This document shows, one piece after another, positions 50,306-51,963 of a stretch of DNA of 51,963 nt. Each line of letters opens with the position of its first letter. Within the stretch, counting starts at the first letter, position 1. This stretch comes from an uncultured Candidatus Saccharibacteria bacterium (GTDB lineage Bacteria; Patescibacteriota; Minisyncoccia; Phycocordibacterales; Zambryskibacteraceae). Made by a program: the position numbers and the translations under genes. The stretch lies in assembly GCA_964383705.1 (NCBI GenBank), contig CAYLHJ010000005.1, positions 1 to 51,963 on the forward strand, given 5' to 3'. Below the pieces are notes generated by a model that worked only from the letters and a program-made list of their open reading frames with translations, did not search any database and had not been told where the DNA came from.

Positions 50306-50325
50306 GGTTCATATGAACCCGTTTT
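50306..50325 (+). terminator. Candidate terminator after the tmRNA
   Basis: GGTTC-atat-GAACC followed by CGTTTTGG. The stem is short. Confidence 0.35.
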
Positions 50326-50365
50326 GGTACTTGACCGTGACCGTCAAGCCTGGGAGGATCAGATC

Positions 50366-50695
50366 ATGAAGTGGTTCAAAGAACTCATCGCACGGATCTT
50401 CCTGGGTAAGAAAGTCACCAAAAGCTTCAACGTTAAAGATGCGGTCGCTACCGTTCACATGGACGACGGTCAAACTCATGCGATCTCTCGTAGAGGAACC
50501 CTTGATTCGTTCCGAAGCGAAGTTTACGGAGATGATGGTCGGGAACTTCTCGAACACTACATGTCGCACTCGAAGCGTCACATCTTGAAGGCCGACGACG
50601 GCACTCTTCTGCCCACCTGTCGCATCGCCAAGATCGAGATCTCCGAGACGGAGAGGCTGGAAGAGCATACATACCGAGACGGAGGCATCCTCTGA
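50366..50695 (+). CDS. Hypothetical protein (start revised)
   Basis: ATG at 50366 with a GGGAGGA SD. 109 aa. The track TTG start at 50288 abuts the tmRNA 3' end and is rejected. Confidence 0.6.
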   Translation: MKWFKELIARIFLGKKVTKSFNVKDAVATVHMDDGQTHAISRRGTLDSFRSEVYGDDGRELLEHYMSHSKRHILKADDGTLLPTCRIAKIEISETERLEEHTYRDGGIL

Positions 50696-50979
50696 TGGCG
50701 TTCATCAGTCGCTTCCAAGAAGAACCTACGAAGTCTGTCTTCAACGGAGTGCGACGCATCCGTCTTGAGATGGACGACGGCACAGAGGTCGTGCTTCGCG
50801 CGACCGACGTTCAGGTGGTTCCTCATCTTGACCACAGGGAGAACGTCTACAACGTCCGGATCAACGGCGAGGTGAGCCTCCTTGAGTTGGTCGAGGACAA
50901 GCTTCGTGAGGAGCCTTCCAAGCCGGAAGACGTAAACGGCAGCTTGAAGCGTCAGGTCGAGGAGTTTGAACTTCGATGA
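50695..50979 (+). CDS. Hypothetical protein
   Basis: 94 aa, TGATG junction. Confidence 0.55.
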   Translation: MAFISRFQEEPTKSVFNGVRRIRLEMDDGTEVVLRATDVQVVPHLDHRENVYNVRINGEVSLLELVEDKLREEPSKPEDVNGSLKRQVEEFELR

Positions 50980-51143
50980 GCCTCTTCGTAGACCGAAAGA
51001 TCGCCGCAGCTAGGAAGGCCGTATGCGCTACGTGCCCGAGCTTCGACGCGAAGCTGAAGCGCTGCAAGACGTGCAAGTGCTTCTTACCGCTTAAAACTCA
51101 GATGAAGGTTTCTACGTGTCCAGAAGGGAAGTGGAAGAGATGA
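50976..51143 (+). CDS. Small Cys-rich protein (below the track cutoff)
   Basis: 55 aa, MSLFVDRKIAAARKAVCATCPSFDAKLKRCKTCKCFLPLKTQMKVSTCPEGKWKR. ATGA coupling at both ends. Confidence 0.55.
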   Translation: MSLFVDRKIAAARKAVCATCPSFDAKLKRCKTCKCFLPLKTQMKVSTCPEGKWKR

Positions 51144-51469
51144 ACTTTGCTGTGCTGAACGACGTGAACTATCCCGGTGTGACGTTCCTTACCCGCATGG
51201 ACGGAGAGCGGCCGTACCTTCAAGTTGAAGCTCAAGTTGCTTGCTCCGCGACCGGTGACGTGAAGACGCAGAGAGGACGCAAGTGGTTCCTGTCTCCACA
51301 CATGACCCGTTCCGAGGTGGTCCAGACCGCCTTCAAGGCTGTCATGGCCTGGGAGGAGCACGAGGTTCGAGAGAAGTTCCAGTACCGAGGTAAGGCGGTC
51401 TTCGGGCCGCACTTCGACGTCGACGCGCTGTACGCGTTGGCCGTGTCCGGTAAGGAGGACGTCCGATGA
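51140..51469 (+). CDS. Hypothetical protein (start revised to MNFAVL)
   Basis: ATGA coupling. 109 aa. Confidence 0.55.
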   Translation: MNFAVLNDVNYPGVTFLTRMDGERPYLQVEAQVACSATGDVKTQRGRKWFLSPHMTRSEVVQTAFKAVMAWEEHEVREKFQYRGKAVFGPHFDVDALYALAVSGKEDVR

Positions 51470-51948
51470 AGGCTCGACTACTTAGCGTGGAGTCTGAGAG
51501 GATCCTCAACTACGAGGGTGCGGGTTCCATCATAAAAGGCGAAGTTCGCTTGCTCGGAGGCTGGGAAGAAGCTCAAGAGCTGATCCGACACGGAGAAGGG
51601 TTGGTTCTTGTGCCTATGAACAAGCAGCCTCAGGTGTTCGACGTCAAGAAGGGTGACGAGGTGAAGTACCAGTTCATCCGAGGTAGTGGAGGTCGAGAGC
51701 CTGAGATCTCCATCTGGATGAAGGTGAAGAGCGTCGACGGCGACATGATCACCTCTAGTCAGAACGGGCAGTACGGACCGTACGAGTTTCGCGTCTTGAA
51801 GTGCCAGATCGTAGAGCATCGCCCGAAGGGTAGTAAGGCTTCCTCGAAGAAGCCGGTCGTAGAGAACCCTAAGAAGGTTGAGGACCCTCGTCCTGACGAC
51901 GAGATAAGCAGCCTTCGTAAACAGATCCAGGAGTTCAACCTCACATGA
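51466..51948 (+). CDS. Hypothetical protein
   Basis: 160 aa, ATGA coupling. Confidence 0.6.
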   Translation: MKARLLSVESERILNYEGAGSIIKGEVRLLGGWEEAQELIRHGEGLVLVPMNKQPQVFDVKKGDEVKYQFIRGSGGREPEISIWMKVKSVDGDMITSSQNGQYGPYEFRVLKCQIVEHRPKGSKASSKKPVVENPKKVEDPRPDDEISSLRKQIQEFNLT

Positions 51949-51963
51949 AGAAGTTCTTTCAAG
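51945..51963 (+). CDS. Start of a further coupled ORF, truncated by the right edge
   Basis: ATGAAGAAGTTC in an ATGA overlap with the preceding stop. Only 6 codons are visible. Confidence 0.25.

Noticed and set aside
1-51963. CRISPR arrays, tRNA genes, rRNA genes, transposases and IS elements.
   Set aside because: I saw no regularly spaced direct repeats, and no cloverleaf-compatible T-arm motifs other than the tmRNA T-arm. No transposase-like ORFs were recognised. A tRNAscan/ARAGORN run is still needed to exclude divergent tRNAs.

Overview
This 52 kb window is a fragment of a large contractile-tailed dsDNA phage (myovirus-type) genome, roughly mid-50s % GC by eye, with strong G/C preference at codon third positions. 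It has two arms that diverge at about 31.9-32.2 kb.

Left arm (1-31884, minus strand) is the late, structural and lysis arm. In transcription order it runs:
- a stand-alone sigma70 region-4-like HTH protein
- prohead protease, scaffold, and major capsid protein followed by a strong terminator
- a long block of fibre and receptor-binding genes, including an 18-aa-repeat protein, a 599-aa probable RBP, a poly-Gly fibre and a tail fibre assembly chaperone
- a lysis block with a tail-anchored coiled-coil membrane protein and an M15 peptidase
- connector and neck proteins, and four lysine-rich low-complexity proteins
- sheath, tube followed by a terminator, two chaperone-position ORFs, and the tape measure
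- hub, spike with an HxH apex, a LysM baseplate protein, a gp25-like protein and baseplate J, which is truncated at the left edge

No portal or terminase lies in the window.

Right arm (32184-51963, mostly plus strand) is an early and accessory arm made of many short, translationally coupled genes (ATGA/GTGA overlaps), partitioned by TTGAC-N17 promoters. Recognisable products are:
- IlvE-like class IV aminotransferase
- XerC/D-like tyrosine recombinase
- Cys-less Rrf2 regulator
- peptide deformylase
- an opposite-strand secreted trypsin-like protease, with a divergent lipoprotein gene
- classic AAA ATPase
- Mug/TDG-like glycosylase
- metallophosphoesterase coupled to a DUF2493/SLOG protein
- membrane PDZ protein
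- DEDD exonuclease
- SprT-like HExxH protein
- nucleoside 2-deoxyribosyltransferase-like protein

The two most interesting loci sit next to each other:
- 47163-49852 is a Prs-like + NAMPT-like + Poa1-type macrodomain operon. Its architecture resembles the NARP1 NAD+ reconstitution pathway, with an extra ADP-ribose-processing gene.
- 49884-50285 is a complete phage-encoded tmRNA. It has its own promoter, a G3:U alanine identity pair, and an unusually long basic tag ending in LAA.

All functional calls come from motif recognition by eye. No database searches were run.
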